From Eledone cirrhosa (Eukaryota): a stretch of 64,000 nucleotides of DNA. How positions within the stretch are numbered: the stretch's first letter is position 1; every line of letters begins with the position of its first letter. Location of the stretch: NCBI GenBank assembly GCA_964016885.1, contig OZ024761.1:8432001-8496000 (forward strand), read 5' to 3'. A program made the position numbers and the translations under genes. The notes beneath the pieces were generated by a model. That model ran no database searches, was not told the DNA's origin, and worked only from the letters and a program-made list of their open reading frames with translations. Below are positions 10,883-21,466 of the stretch, piece by piece.

Positions 10883-10938
10883 TATCTGATGAAAGTGGAC
10901 CATAATTTGCCTTGGTTGCCCTTGAAATATATATAATA
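10883..10938 (+). ncRNA. Minimal type I hammerhead ribozyme motif
   Basis: tat-CTGATGA(10886-10892)-aag…ctt-GAAA(10924-10927), palindromic stem III ATATATAT, then A (cleavage) and ata. Confidence 0.7.
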
Positions 10939-11149
10939 CAACCTCTGCATATATATATATATATATATATATTTATTAAAATAACAGATTAAAGTTTAAG
11001 CAAAGAATCACTGCTTTCACCCTTAACGGGAACTTCTGAAACTAAAAAAAAAAAAAAATCAATCTGTGAACACAAGTAAATATTAAAAAAAAAATATATA
11101 TATATATATATGTTTGTATGTATATATAAGTATATTTACATAGATAGAT

Positions 11150-11596
11150 GGATAATTATATTTCTTTATTAGCCACAAGGGCACACAAGAAAAGGGGACA
11201 GTACAAAGACACATGCCAGGGATTTTACATACAATCATGTAAAAAAATATAAAACAAACAATTATAACAATCGAAATCCCCAATAGGGGGGAGGCGCCAC
11301 AAATGGGTTGTTTAATACCCCGTAGATAGAACAACCCTCAACTTCAGGAGCGTGTTGTGCAAGTGCTCCTTTCTTCCTTTTGCTCTCTTCTTCAACCTAC
11401 AGGTTTATATACAGAGAAGGCTCAATCACTTGGACCATTTTTGCTACATTCACCCACCTTTCAGTAAATTTACTGGGGTGCAGTGCCTCTCTCTCCACTC
11501 TGATTCTCCTTCTGAAGTTGTACCTAAAGAAGGGAATGAGTTGTTGTCCGGAGAGAAAGGCATCTGTCCTTAGTCCTCTCAATCTCGTCCACCATA
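11150..11596 (-). mobile_element. 3' fragment of a Tx1/L1-like LINE (ORF2 C-terminus + 3' UTR)
   Basis: WWTRLRGL…FRRRIRVERE…FTERW…* followed by a UTR with AATAAA; flanked by (atag)n. Confidence 0.6.
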
Positions 11597-11710
11597 GATA
11601 GATAGATATATACACACATCTGATCGGTTAATATAATAATCCCAAATAATCTTAACTCACCATTCTTCAAGGAAATATAATTGTTTTTTCTTTGATTGTT
11701 TGATTCCCAG

Positions 11711-11834
11711 GAATGTGCTACACTATATTTTATGGGTTTATAAGTTATCATCTGATGGGAAAAGATTCTTCCAGCTCTGTGACCAGGTTCATGAATTCTC
11801 AGAAAATATAATTAAAGCTCGCAGGAAAGCCCTG
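11711..11834 (+). CDS. CYP4-clan P450 exon
   Basis: cccag|(L)NVLHYILWVYKLSSDGKRFFQLCDQVHEFSENIIKARRKAL|gtaag; CYP4 G-helix pattern; phase 2/0. Confidence 0.92.
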
Positions 11835-11914
11835 GTAAGAACTCTCAAGCTTTTGTTGTTTCTGTTAAAGTGGTTATCGTTTTGTTGTTGTTGATATAAT
11901 CGACCCCCACCCCC

Positions 11915-12590
11915 CGCCAAATTGTTGGCATATGCCTCGGTAGAGCGTCGGACATCATGCTTTGCGGCATAGTTATGGCCCTTTATGTTCCGAGTGCAAA
12001 TCCTGCCGAGGTTAGCTTTACCTTTCATCCTTACGGGGGTTGATAAAATAAAATACCAGTAACACACTGGGGTTGATTTAGTCGACTTTCCCCTCCCCTT
12101 CAAATTGTTGACCTTCTGCCTAAAGTAGAAACAATTATTATTATTATTGTTGTGCTATTTCGTTTAGCTCAGTTCTGTTTTTCTACTGCCAGACTCAGGC
12201 ATTGAACCGAGGGCTATAGAGGTTTTCATTGTAGAGAGGGAACTCGTCTGAGAATTATCATTGGCAGTATCGGTAGAGGGGGGTCGGACGCCATGCTTTG
12301 ACGCACAGAGTTACGGCCCTTGCCATTCTGAGTTCAAATCCCGCCGAGGTTAATTTTGCCATTCATCCTTACAGGGGTTGATAAAATAAAGTACCAGTAA
12401 TACACTGGGATTATTACTGGTATCAGTAGAGGGTCGGACGCCATGCTTTCCAGCATAGTTACGTCCCTTTACGATCTGAGTTCAAATCCCGCCGAGGTTG
12501 ACTTTGCCTTTCATCCTTACGGGGTCGATAAAATAAAGTACCAGTAATGCACTGGGTAATTGCTGGCCTTGTGCCAAATGTAGAAACAAA
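11915..12590 (+). mobile_element. Cluster of three copies of the second SINE family
   Basis: The core of 10368-10558 recurs at ~11915-12145, ~12260-12410 and ~12415-12590. Confidence 0.8.
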
Positions 12591-12702
12591 TATTTTTATT
12601 GCACATCATTACTGCTTTACCCAGCACAGCTGTGTGCACCTTTGGTATGTGCAGTGTAGTTTTTACTGATATTGTTTCTATTGTATTGATAGTACTTTTT
12701 GT

Positions 12703-13565
12703 AATATATATACAGTACCTAGTAGTGCTATCTTTTGTATGCTGTATATATTTGTAAGTCCTGTGGTACTCTATATAATATATATACAGTACCTAGTAGT
12801 GCTGTCTTTTGTATGTTGTACATATTTGTAAGTCCTGTGGTACTCTATATAATATATATACAGTGCCTAGTAGTGCTATCTTTTGTATGCTGTATATATT
12901 TGTAAGTCCTGGGGTACTCTATATAATATATATACAGTGCCTAGTAGTGCTATCTTTTGTATGCTGTATATATTTGTAAGTCCTGGAGTACTCTATATAA
13001 TATATATACAGTACCTAGTAGTGCTATCTTCTGTATGCTGTATATATTTGTAAGTCCTGTGGTACTCTATATAATATATATACAGTACCTAGTAGTGCTG
13101 TCTTTTGTATGTTGTACATATTTGTAAGTCCTGTGGTACTCTATATAATATATATACAGTGCCTAGTAGTGCTATCTTCTGTATGTTGTATATATTTGTA
13201 AGTCCTGGGGTACTCTATATAACATATATACAGTACCTAGTAGTGCTATCTTTTGTATGTTGTATATATTTGCAAGTCCTGTGGTCCTCTATATAATATA
13301 TATATAGTGTCTAGTAGTGCTATCTTTTGTATGTTGTATATATTTGCAAGTCCTGTGGTCCTCTATATAATATATATACAGTGCCTAGTAGTGCTATCTT
13401 TTGTATGTTGTATATATTTGTAAGTCCTGGGGTACTCTATATAATATATATATAGTGTCTAGTAGTGCTATCTTTTGTATGCTGTATATATTTGTAAGTC
13501 CTGTGGTACTCTATATAATATATATACAGTACCTAGTAATGTTGTATATATTAGTAAGTCCTGGG
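12703..13565. repeat. 74-bp minisatellite (~11-12 copies) derived from the coding 3' end of the adjacent R4/Dong-type LINE
   Basis: The unit on the minus strand encodes PGLTNIYSIQKIALLGTVYILYRV and is contiguous with the LINE ORF remnant. Confidence 0.85.
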
Positions 13566-14188
13566 GTTTTGGTTATGTATTTGTCTGTGTGTTTTTTTTT
13601 TTATTATTTATTATAGGCATTGTTTCTGTTTTCATTTTCCACATTCAAGTTATTTCTATCTCTAGATCTTCATATTTGGAGAGTTCCTCTATTTCCTTGG
13701 AAGATATATAGTCTTCTGTGGGGATAGATACATCTATTAGAAGGCATTATTTTTCTTTGTAGTCTTTGACTATAATATCTGGTTGATTGGCCTTGATCTC
13801 TCTATCTGTATGTATTGGCATATCCCAGAGAATGGTTGCTTTGTCATTCTCTGACACTTTTTCTAGTGTGTGTTTATACCATCTTTTTTCTGTTGGTATT
13901 TCATAATGCTGGCATAACTTCCAGTGTATGAAGGTCCCAACACTATCATGCCTGTGTATATATTCCTTTTTGGCTAGAGCTGGGCATCCAGAAACTATAT
14001 GGTTGATTGTATCTTCCATATCTCCACATATTCTCCACTTACTTATGGTGCCTTGTTTTATTATGTACTTCTGGTAGTTTCTGGTGAGTAGACTCTGGTC
14101 TTGCGCTGCAATTACAAATTCTTCCATCTCAGCTTTTAGTCCAGTACTTTGGAGCCAGTTTTGTGCGTTTTCTTTGTCTACTTCCTTT

Positions 14189-17100
14189 CATCATCATCAT
14201 CATCATCACCGTTTTACGTCCGTTCTTCCACGCTAGCATGGGTTAGACGGGTTGTCCTGTTGTGGGCAGTGTCTGGTCGGCTGACCATGCCTTGCTCATA
14301 CAGGAACTGATCTGGCTTGATTTCTACAGCTGGATGCCCTTCCTAACACCAACCTCATTTACAGTGAGTGCTGGGTGCTTTTTCGTGGCGCCTACACGTC
14401 CACTTTACAGTGTGGGCTGGGTGCTTTTTTGCCGTGGCACCTCCACGACCACCTTGCGGTGGGGGTGGGGGGGGCATATTGTTTATATGCTTCAGCATGT
14501 ACCCATGGGAGGTCGGGTACCCTGTATTACTGCGTGACGCCAGAAGTCACGGTCGTGTGTCATTGACTTTGAGAGGTGTAGTTGGGTAAGGTCGGCTTTT
14601 ATCACCTCATCCCAAGTCATCTTGGGTCTCCCCACTCCGCGGTTTCCATCAACTTCTAGTGCTCTGCACCTTTTTATGCAGCTGTCATCCTTCATACGCA
14701 TCACATGTCCATACCAGCGTAACCGCCTCTCCTGCACGCAGCATTTGATTCCTCTTATGCTCAGTCTCTCTCTCAATTCATTTATGCTTTGTCGTTCACG
14801 TATATTACTGTTACACATCCATCGGAGCATGCAGGCTTCGTTTCTCTCTAATCTACGTAAGTCTTCCACCTTCAGCGCCCAGGTCTCACTACCATGCAAC
14901 ATCGCTGTTCGGATACACGCATCATACAGTCTGCCTTTCATTCTGAGGGAGAAGCCTTTTGCAGCTAGCAGTGGTAGTAGTTCCCTAAACTTCTTCCATC
15001 CCGTTCTTACCCTAGTTATTGTACTTTCTGAGCACCCACCTCCGTTGCTAATTCGGTCACCTAGGTAGCAGAAGCTGTCTACTGTTTCTACAGGGCCCTC
15101 CCAGAGATTGGTGGTACTTGTTTCCTGTGGCTGTTTGCTTGCTGTTTCAGCACAGCTGCTGCATGTGAATCCTACATTCTTAATTAAGCTTCCTGAGATC
15201 CCGCTACATCTCTTGTGTACCCATTGTTTGCATTTGGGGCAAAGAATGGAGTTCCTACCTACACCTTTCCTACATACTGAGCAAGGCCATTTCCCTGAGG
15301 GGATCTGGGTTCTGTTTTCTCGTCTACTTATAAGGACCTTAGTCTTTGTCATGTTGACTTTGAGGCCCTTTCTCTCTAGTCCCTGCTTCCAGGTTTGGAA
15401 TTTATTCTCTAGTTCTACCATAGATTCAGCTATGAGTGCGAGGTCATCAGCATACAGGAGTTCCCATGGGCATCCGGTCTTAAACTCCTCCGTTATTGCC
15501 TGCAGGACTATGATGAACAGGAGAGGGCTAAGAACAGAGCCCTGGTGGACCCCAACCTGTACGCTAAATTCCTCGCTATACTCATTGCCAATCCTAACTT
15601 TGCTGACTGCTCCCCTATACATGGCTTGTACCGCTTTCACAAGCCATTCATCTACTCCTAGTTTTCTAAGAGCCCACCAGATTACTGCACGTGGAACTCT
15701 GTCAAAGGCTTTCTCAAGGTCGACAAATGCCAAGTAGAGTGGCTTACTTTTAGCTAGGTACTTTTCCTGTAATTGCCTCACAAGGAAGAGCGCATCAGTG
15801 GTGCCTTTCCCTGGAACAAACCCAAATTGCATCTCGTCTATATTCACCCGGTCCCTAATCAGCTGTGCTATAACTCTTTCTGTTACTTTCATGACCTGGT
15901 CCATCAACTTTATACCTCTATAGTTTCCTCTATCTAGTGCATCGCCTTTACCTTTGTAGCAGTTGACAATGATGCTACTGCACCAATCTTTTGGTATGGC
16001 CCCCTCTAGTATTACCTGGTTAACGATACGTGTGGTTATAGTGTGACCTACAGACCCAGATGCCTTCAGCATCTCGGCAGCTATACCCGATGGACCGGTT
16101 GCCTTCCCTATCTTCATATCTCTGATTGCCTTACTTACTACGCTGCCGCTGACTTGTACTGCTGGTCCCTCTATAGGGTCTACGTGGGGTAGGGTCTCTT
16201 CTTCCCATGCATTCTCCTCATTTAGTAATCTATCATAATGACTCTTCCATGCATCTTTCTTCTCAGCACTTGTGAGGGCAAGCTCACCTTTATCATTCCG
16301 GATACACTTCTCTCCAATGACATCACAACTATCTCTGACACACTGCCTCGCAATCTTGAATACCTCCTGTTTCTGGTCCTCACGTTGTAAAACATGCTTG
16401 AATTTTCTATCCTCTGCTTCCCTCCTAGCTAAGTATACTTGTCGCCTAGCTTCCCTCTTGGTCTCTATGTAATGTACCCTGCTCCCCCCGTTCTTCCATT
16501 CTTTCCATGCCTGTCTCTTGGCCTTGACTGCTTCATCTACCTTATTGTTCCACCACCAAGTCACTCTCCTCCTGCTTGAGGTCTTACTCCAGCCACAAAC
16601 CTCATCCGTCGCCTCTAGTAAGTTATTTTTTAGGAACTCCCAGTTCTCTTCTACGTTAAATGTCTCTATCTGTTCTTCTTTACTGTCGTAGGCGTTGAGT
16701 AAAATATCTTTAAATCTGTTACTGGTTGAGGGGACTTTCAGCTTCCAGATCTTTCTTCTCCAGGTTGGCCTCTGTTTCAGGGCTCGTCTAGTTCTGACCG
16801 TGAGGTCGCTGACAACTAAGCTATGTTGGGATGTACATTCCTCACTAGGGAAGGCTTTTGTGTTTACGGCCGTCCATCTGTCACGTCCTCTGATGAGGAT
16901 AAAATCTAACTGACTAGAGTGCTCCCCTGATCTATAGGTGATCAGGTGGTTGTCGGGTTTTTTAAAGTTTGTGTTACATATCGACATGTCATTGGCGTCG
17001 CAGAATTCTAGAAGTCTGAATCCTTCCTCATTCCTTGTGCCAACTCCATGGCCTCCATGTACTCTATTGAAGCCGTCGCAGTGTTTACCTACGTGTCCGT

Positions 17101-17643
17101 TAAAATCTCCTGCAATGATTAGGAAGTCCTTGTCGTCTGTTAGAGCAGTAGTGTGTATTAGGGACTCGTAAAACCTATCCTTAAGTTCGTCTGGCAGCCC
17201 CGATTGGGGTGCGTAAGCTGATATTATTGTGGTAATTGTCTTATTCAGGACTAGTCTGAGTTTAATGATTCTTGCATTTACCCTGTACACTGAGATTACT
17301 TTATCTACCCACTTGTCAGCTAATAGTATACCTACACCACCCATCCCATCGTCATTTCCCACCCAGAAAAATTTGTAGCACTGGCTTTTTCCTACAAGGA
17401 CTCTAGCAGACCCTCCTCTCCATCTAGTCTCTTGCACACAGCATACATCAACTTCCTTTCGCTCTAGCATTTCTACGATTTCTCCTGCTCTTCCTTTCAT
17501 TGAGCCTACATTGATGGTACCAACTCGGAGTTTTGGGCATTTGTCGACACTCGTAGGGGAGGGTCTCTGGGTTGGCGCTTCACGTGGGTGCTTGGTAGCT
17601 CGCAGATTCATATTTCATCTATTGATTCAGAGTTGCTCGTGTA
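14189..17643 (-). mobile_element. Essentially full-length RTE-clade LINE with 7-bp TSD
   Basis: TSD TTCCTTT at 14182-14188 and 17644-17650; ~300-bp 3' UTR with (atg)n tail; intact ORF. Confidence 0.95.
14492..17611 (-). CDS. RTE ORF: APE endonuclease + reverse transcriptase + PHD-like zinc finger (1039 aa)
   Basis: TINVGS, QETRW, AYAPQ, GDFN, NYRGIKL, DLEKAFD, QGSVLSP, YADD, C4HC3 cluster, RWYGHV. Confidence 0.95.
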   Translation of the reverse strand: MNLRATKHPREAPTQRPSPTSVDKCPKLRVGTINVGSMKGRAGEIVEMLERKEVDVCCVQETRWRGGSARVLVGKSQCYKFFWVGNDDGMGGVGILLADKWVDKVISVYRVNARIIKLRLVLNKTITTIISAYAPQSGLPDELKDRFYESLIHTTALTDDKDFLIIAGDFNGHVGKHCDGFNRVHGGHGVGTRNEEGFRLLEFCDANDMSICNTNFKKPDNHLITYRSGEHSSQLDFILIRGRDRWTAVNTKAFPSEECTSQHSLVVSDLTVRTRRALKQRPTWRRKIWKLKVPSTSNRFKDILLNAYDSKEEQIETFNVEENWEFLKNNLLEATDEVCGWSKTSSRRRVTWWWNNKVDEAVKAKRQAWKEWKNGGSRVHYIETKREARRQVYLARREAEDRKFKHVLQREDQKQEVFKIARQCVRDSCDVIGEKCIRNDKGELALTSAEKKDAWKSHYDRLLNEENAWEEETLPHVDPIEGPAVQVSGSVVSKAIRDMKIGKATGPSGIAAEMLKASGSVGHTITTRIVNQVILEGAIPKDWCSSIIVNCYKGKGDALDRGNYRGIKLMDQVMKVTERVIAQLIRDRVNIDEMQFGFVPGKGTTDALFLVRQLQEKYLAKSKPLYLAFVDLEKAFDRVPRAVIWWALRKLGVDEWLVKAVQAMYRGAVSKVRIGNEYSEEFSVQVGVHQGSVLSPLLFIIVLQAITEEFKTGCPWELLYADDLALIAESMVELENKFQTWKQGLERKGLKVNMTKTKVLISRRENRTQIPSGKWPCSVCRKGVGRNSILCPKCKQWVHKRCSGISGSLIKNVGFTCSSCAETASKQPQETSTTNLWEGPVETVDSFCYLGDRISNGGGCSESTITRVRTGWKKFRELLPLLAAKGFSLRMKGRLYDACIRTAMLHGSETWALKVEDLRRLERNEACMLRWMCNSNIRERQSINELRERLSIRGIKCCVQERRLRWYGHVMRMKDDSCIKRCRALEVDGNRGVGRPKMTWDEVIKADLTQLHLSKSMTHDRDFWRHAVIQGTRPPMGTC

Positions 17644-17894
17644 TTCCTTTATATTTAGCTTTTGGGGTTATTGGCCATGTAAGGATTTCTCTTGCCATTG
17701 TTTTAACAGGACGTTCTGGATGTCAATTTTCAATTTAAATTTTATGTCTTTCACAATTTCTATTGTTTTTTCTTGCTTTCATTTTCCTCACAATTATTTT
17801 TTAGTCCAGTTTCTAATTTAATTTTTTTTGCTTCCTTGAAGACCAAGAACAGTTTTATTATTATCATTATTTCTATTTTCTTCCACTTTATTAG

Positions 17895-18030
17895 GAGAAG
17901 AATCCGGAAGCAATCAAGAGTAAACGCAAAGTTGATTTCTTGGACATCATGCTTCTGGCAAGAGATTCCCATGGAGTTGGTTTGTCTGATATTGACATCA
18001 GGAACGAGGTGGATACATTTATGTTTGCAG
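17895..18030 (+). CDS. CYP4-clan P450 exon (H-I helices)
   Basis: ttag|EKNPEAIKSKRKVDFLDIMLLARDSHGVGLSDIDIRNEVDTFMFA(G)|gtaat; CYP4 signature EVDTFMF. Confidence 0.95.
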
Positions 18031-18149
18031 GTAATATATACCTGTTTGACAAAACAACAGGTGTCATGGTGTAGTGTAACTAACGAGATAATATTCACCT
18101 GTTTGACAAAACATCAACTGGTGTAACTAACAAGATGACAGATATTGAT

Positions 18150-18482
18150 TATAGGGCCCCCCCGTCAGGTAACCCCTTTTAACCACTTCCTTGGAGTCGA
18201 CTGAAGAACTGCAGTGCAAGGCAACAAAACGTCATAACTTCTGGAGTTTGCAACCAATTTTCACAAAACTTGACACATGGGCTACGTTTGTCCTACAGAT
18301 GAATGTGAACTCTCAGAATTGACACATATTGAGTAGGAGACCCCTGATGGGAAGGAACCCCCTTTTGGAAAAAGCCGATGATTTTGTAAAAGTATAGTTT
18401 TCGAAGCAGCACTGTTGTATTGACATAAATGATATACACAACTGCTATTTAATACCCAAGCAACGCCGGCTACCTCTGCTAG
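18150..18482 (+). mobile_element. Possible non-autonomous Helitron 3' end
   Basis: Ends acccaagcaacgccggctacctctgCTAG|t, resembling a degenerate GC hairpin followed by CTAG; 5' boundary unknown. Confidence 0.4.
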
Positions 18483-18996
18483 TATATATATATATATATA
18501 AACTCGCTCCAAGCAAGGCAATAAAACCACTAAAATACAAAGGGTCATTAAGAGAGGAAAAGACAAAACAGAGAGAACATAATTCAAGGAGAGAGATGAC
18601 AATCATAAGGTTTCTGTTGCTACTTAGGAGTAAGTAATTCTAGAACATTAGCAGGCACTCAAGGGTATAAAAATACACACACATGTACACCAGGTCCGAA
18701 CACAGAGGAGCCAAACTCCCGCTGTCACCACCTCCGTCTCTCTTGTCCTCCCCATCTCTCACTTTTATGAGCAAATGGGATCCCAAAGCTGCCTGTCCCA
18801 TGGCCCTGGCGGACAGAATAGAGAAGGAATTTTCCGGGAGGATAGTAAGGGAGATGCACTGCAAGAATCATTCCATCTCGCAAGGCTCACACGTGTAGTT
18901 AGCCAGCTCAGCACCTATGATGGTGATTAGGGAGGTGGCCCTAGGGCACGAGATGTCTCCATATGACAATTGATGTTGCTTTTGAATTTATGCAAA

Positions 18997-19256
18997 CTAG
19001 GATTTTTTTCAACACGCTGACGCATATGTGTGTATGTGCATATGCAAACATTTATAGGTATGAGTATATAAATATAAACATGCAAACACATACACACACA
19101 CATACATTCACACAACATAACAAATGGAATGCAAGCCGCTGTTTTGCGATAGTTTTTCACCACCCCTTCCTTTTACACACACATACATTCACACAAGCAG
19201 CAGAGGTAAAGAGAGAGGAGTAGTATGAGGTAGTCAAACTACTCCTCTCTCTTTAC
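18997..19256 (-). mobile_element. Dispersed Helitron-like repeat (second copy at 30071-30325)
   Basis: The two diverged copies both begin at a CTAG, with a short hairpin about 11 nt inside. Confidence 0.5.
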
Positions 19257-19378
19257 ATGTGTTGTGACAGAATTGCAGAAATTTATATATAGATTGTAGT
19301 GAGTGGTGAAAAAAGTAAAAAACTCCTCCTCTCCGTCATCATTATCATCATCATGACCAATATCATTGTTAATTGCAG

Positions 19379-19502
19379 GCCATGATACAACAGCTTGCAG
19401 TCTCAGCTGGATTGTTTATGCCTTAGCTTGTTACCCAGAACATCAAAAGAAGATATACGAGGAAATATGTGATGTAATGCAGGGGCGAGAATATGTTACT
19501 TG
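19379..19502 (+). CDS. CYP4-clan P450 exon (I-J helices)
   Basis: ttgcag|(G)HDTTACSLSWIVYALACYPEHQKKIYEEICDVMQGREYVT(W)|gtaagt; phase 1/2. Confidence 0.95.
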
Positions 19503-19532
19503 GTAAGTTTCAAATGATTGTGGATATGTATA

Positions 19533-19843
19533 TCATCATCATCATTTTACGTCCGCTTTTCCCTGCTTACAAGGGTGGGACGGGAACTGATTCTGGCTTG
19601 ATTTCTACAGCTGGATGCCCTTCCTAACACCAACCTCATTTACAGTGAGTGCTGGGTGCTTTTTTTCCATGGCGCCTACACGTCCACTTTCCCTATCATC
19701 TCATTTCTACAGCTGAGTAAACTGGAGCAATGTGAAATAAAGTGTCTTGCTCAAGGACACAAAACATCACCTGGTCTGAGAATTGAACTCGCAACCTTTC
19801 GATTGCAAGGCCAATGCTCTAACCATTAAGCCGTGTGCCTCCT
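19533..19843 (-). mobile_element. tRNA-derived CORE-type SINE with RTE tail
   Basis: Near-identical to 8539-8890. Confidence 0.88.
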
Positions 19844-20094
19844 ATATGTATTTTCACATAAGCATGTGTTGGACAGGTTGTCACAGTCTGTGACCAGATA
19901 TATCAGAGTGACCTCATCTTGCTTATACATTACATATTTAGCATGGTTTCTATGGCTAGATGCCCTTCCTAATATAACCACTTCGCAGTGTTTTTGTGAT
20001 ACCAACAAATACTTTTTATTAGAATATTGTTCTAATAACCTTGTCTCTAATGTTGAGGAAAATTGATGCATTTTGCCACAGTAAGGACATTAAA

Positions 20095-20304
20095 TAGTTT
20101 AGCATTTACCTAACTCTATACATACTGCTGTATTTTCATGGTAAACACTTCATTTCACATAATTATCTCACATAATATCGAATTTATGAGATTTTGATGT
20201 TATTTATTTTGAGAACAATACTTTAATATCAGAATGAGTGGCCAGTTATGGCTGGTTTGAACAGAAAGAGATAAGAGAATTCTGGCAGGATACAGCCGGG
20301 TTAA
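20095..20304 (-). mobile_element. Decayed copy of the piggyBac-type MITE
   Basis: Reverse-complement similarity to 29143-29347 along its length. Confidence 0.65.
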
Positions 20305-20498
20305 ATACTTGTTAAAAATATAGTTCTTGCTGTCAAAGGGATAAAACTAGAAAGCCCAGCAGAAGGCACAAAGAAATTGCTAGAGTCATCATTAGTGGGG
20401 TTGGAGAAATTTCCTCCTTTTCCCCCAATTAAATCCGGCCCTGATTATAAGTACTTACGATCCCTCAGAAGTACTTTTTTCTTTTTCTTTTATTGCAG

Positions 20499-20694
20499 GG
20501 ATGACATACCAAACTTCCGCTACCTGACAGCTTGTCTAAAGGAATCAATTCGTCTGTATTCTACAGTCCCCATCATAACACGAGTATTGACAAAACCAAT
20601 GATGATAGATGGTCACATGCTCCCAGTGGGCTCTTCAATTACTGTAAACATCTATGCAATCCACCATAACCCCGATGTTTGGAAAGATCCCTAT
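20499..20694 (+). CDS. CYP4-clan P450 exon (K helix ExxR)
   Basis: ttgcag|DDIPNFRYLTACLKESIRLYSTVPIITR…IHHNPDVWKDPY|gtaagt; phase 2/0. Confidence 0.96.
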
Positions 20695-20734
20695 GTAAGT
20701 TTTCAATAATAATGAAATTTATTGATAGAACTAA

Positions 20735-21386
20735 AATAAAAGAAAACCATCCATTTTAAAGGTTTAATATCTTCCACCATAATTTTATAAAAGAACCTTA
20801 CATTAAGTTAGTATCTTAGTAATGAAATAATTAATCATTAATTAAACATAATTAATCATAATTAAACCAGCTCTGGTTCTATGAAATAAAACCACCCATT
20901 TTAAAGGTTTCCAATTTAAATTAATATCTTCCACCATAATTTTATAAAAGAAACTTACATCAAGTTACTATCTTAGTAATGAAATAATTAATCATTAATT
21001 AAACATAATTAATCATTATTAAACCAGCTCTGGTTCTATGAAATAAAACCACCCATTTTAAAGGTTTCCAATTTAAATTAATATCTTCCACCATAATTTT
21101 ATAAAAGAAACTTACATCAAGTTACTATCTTAGTAATGAAATAATTAATCATTAATTAAACATAATTAATCATTATTAAACCAGCTCTGGTTCTATGAAA
21201 TAAAACCACCCATTTTAAAGGTTTCCAATTTAAATTAATATCTTCCACCATAATTTTATAAAAGAAACTTACATCAAGTTACTATCTTAGTAATGAAATA
21301 ATAATTTTAGTAAATCCCTCAAAATTCTTAATTTATTAGTTAAAATAGTTTGTATTTCATTAGAAATGCTGTCATGAAAGGGTTAA
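20735..21386. repeat. 157-bp tandem repeat (~3.5 copies) inside a second piggyBac-type MITE
   Basis: ctctggttctatgaaat recurs at 20871, 21028 and 21185; region ends GAAAGGG-TTAA; homologous to the reverse complement of ~29795-29985. Confidence 0.75.
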
Positions 21387-21466
21387 ACTATTTATATTTT
21401 TGAACAGTAGTCCTTCACCACTGAAATCCTTACGATATCTAATTGTTTATATGTTCTGTTATTTAG

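Larger units (their letters stand above)
13566..17722 (-). mobile_element. Decayed R4/Dong-type (REL endonuclease) LINE fragment split by the RTE insertion (pieces 13566-14188 and 17644-17722)
   Basis: WQEKSLHGQ…KLNIKE|VDKENAQNWL…AAQDQSL…HIVSGCP…RHD…ILWD…PDII; the reading frame rejoins across the RTE. Confidence 0.85.

Noticed and set aside
18495-18960. Possible additional exon or LINE 3' UTR
   Set aside because: The P450 exons on either side join in phase without it, and no recognisable motif supports a call.
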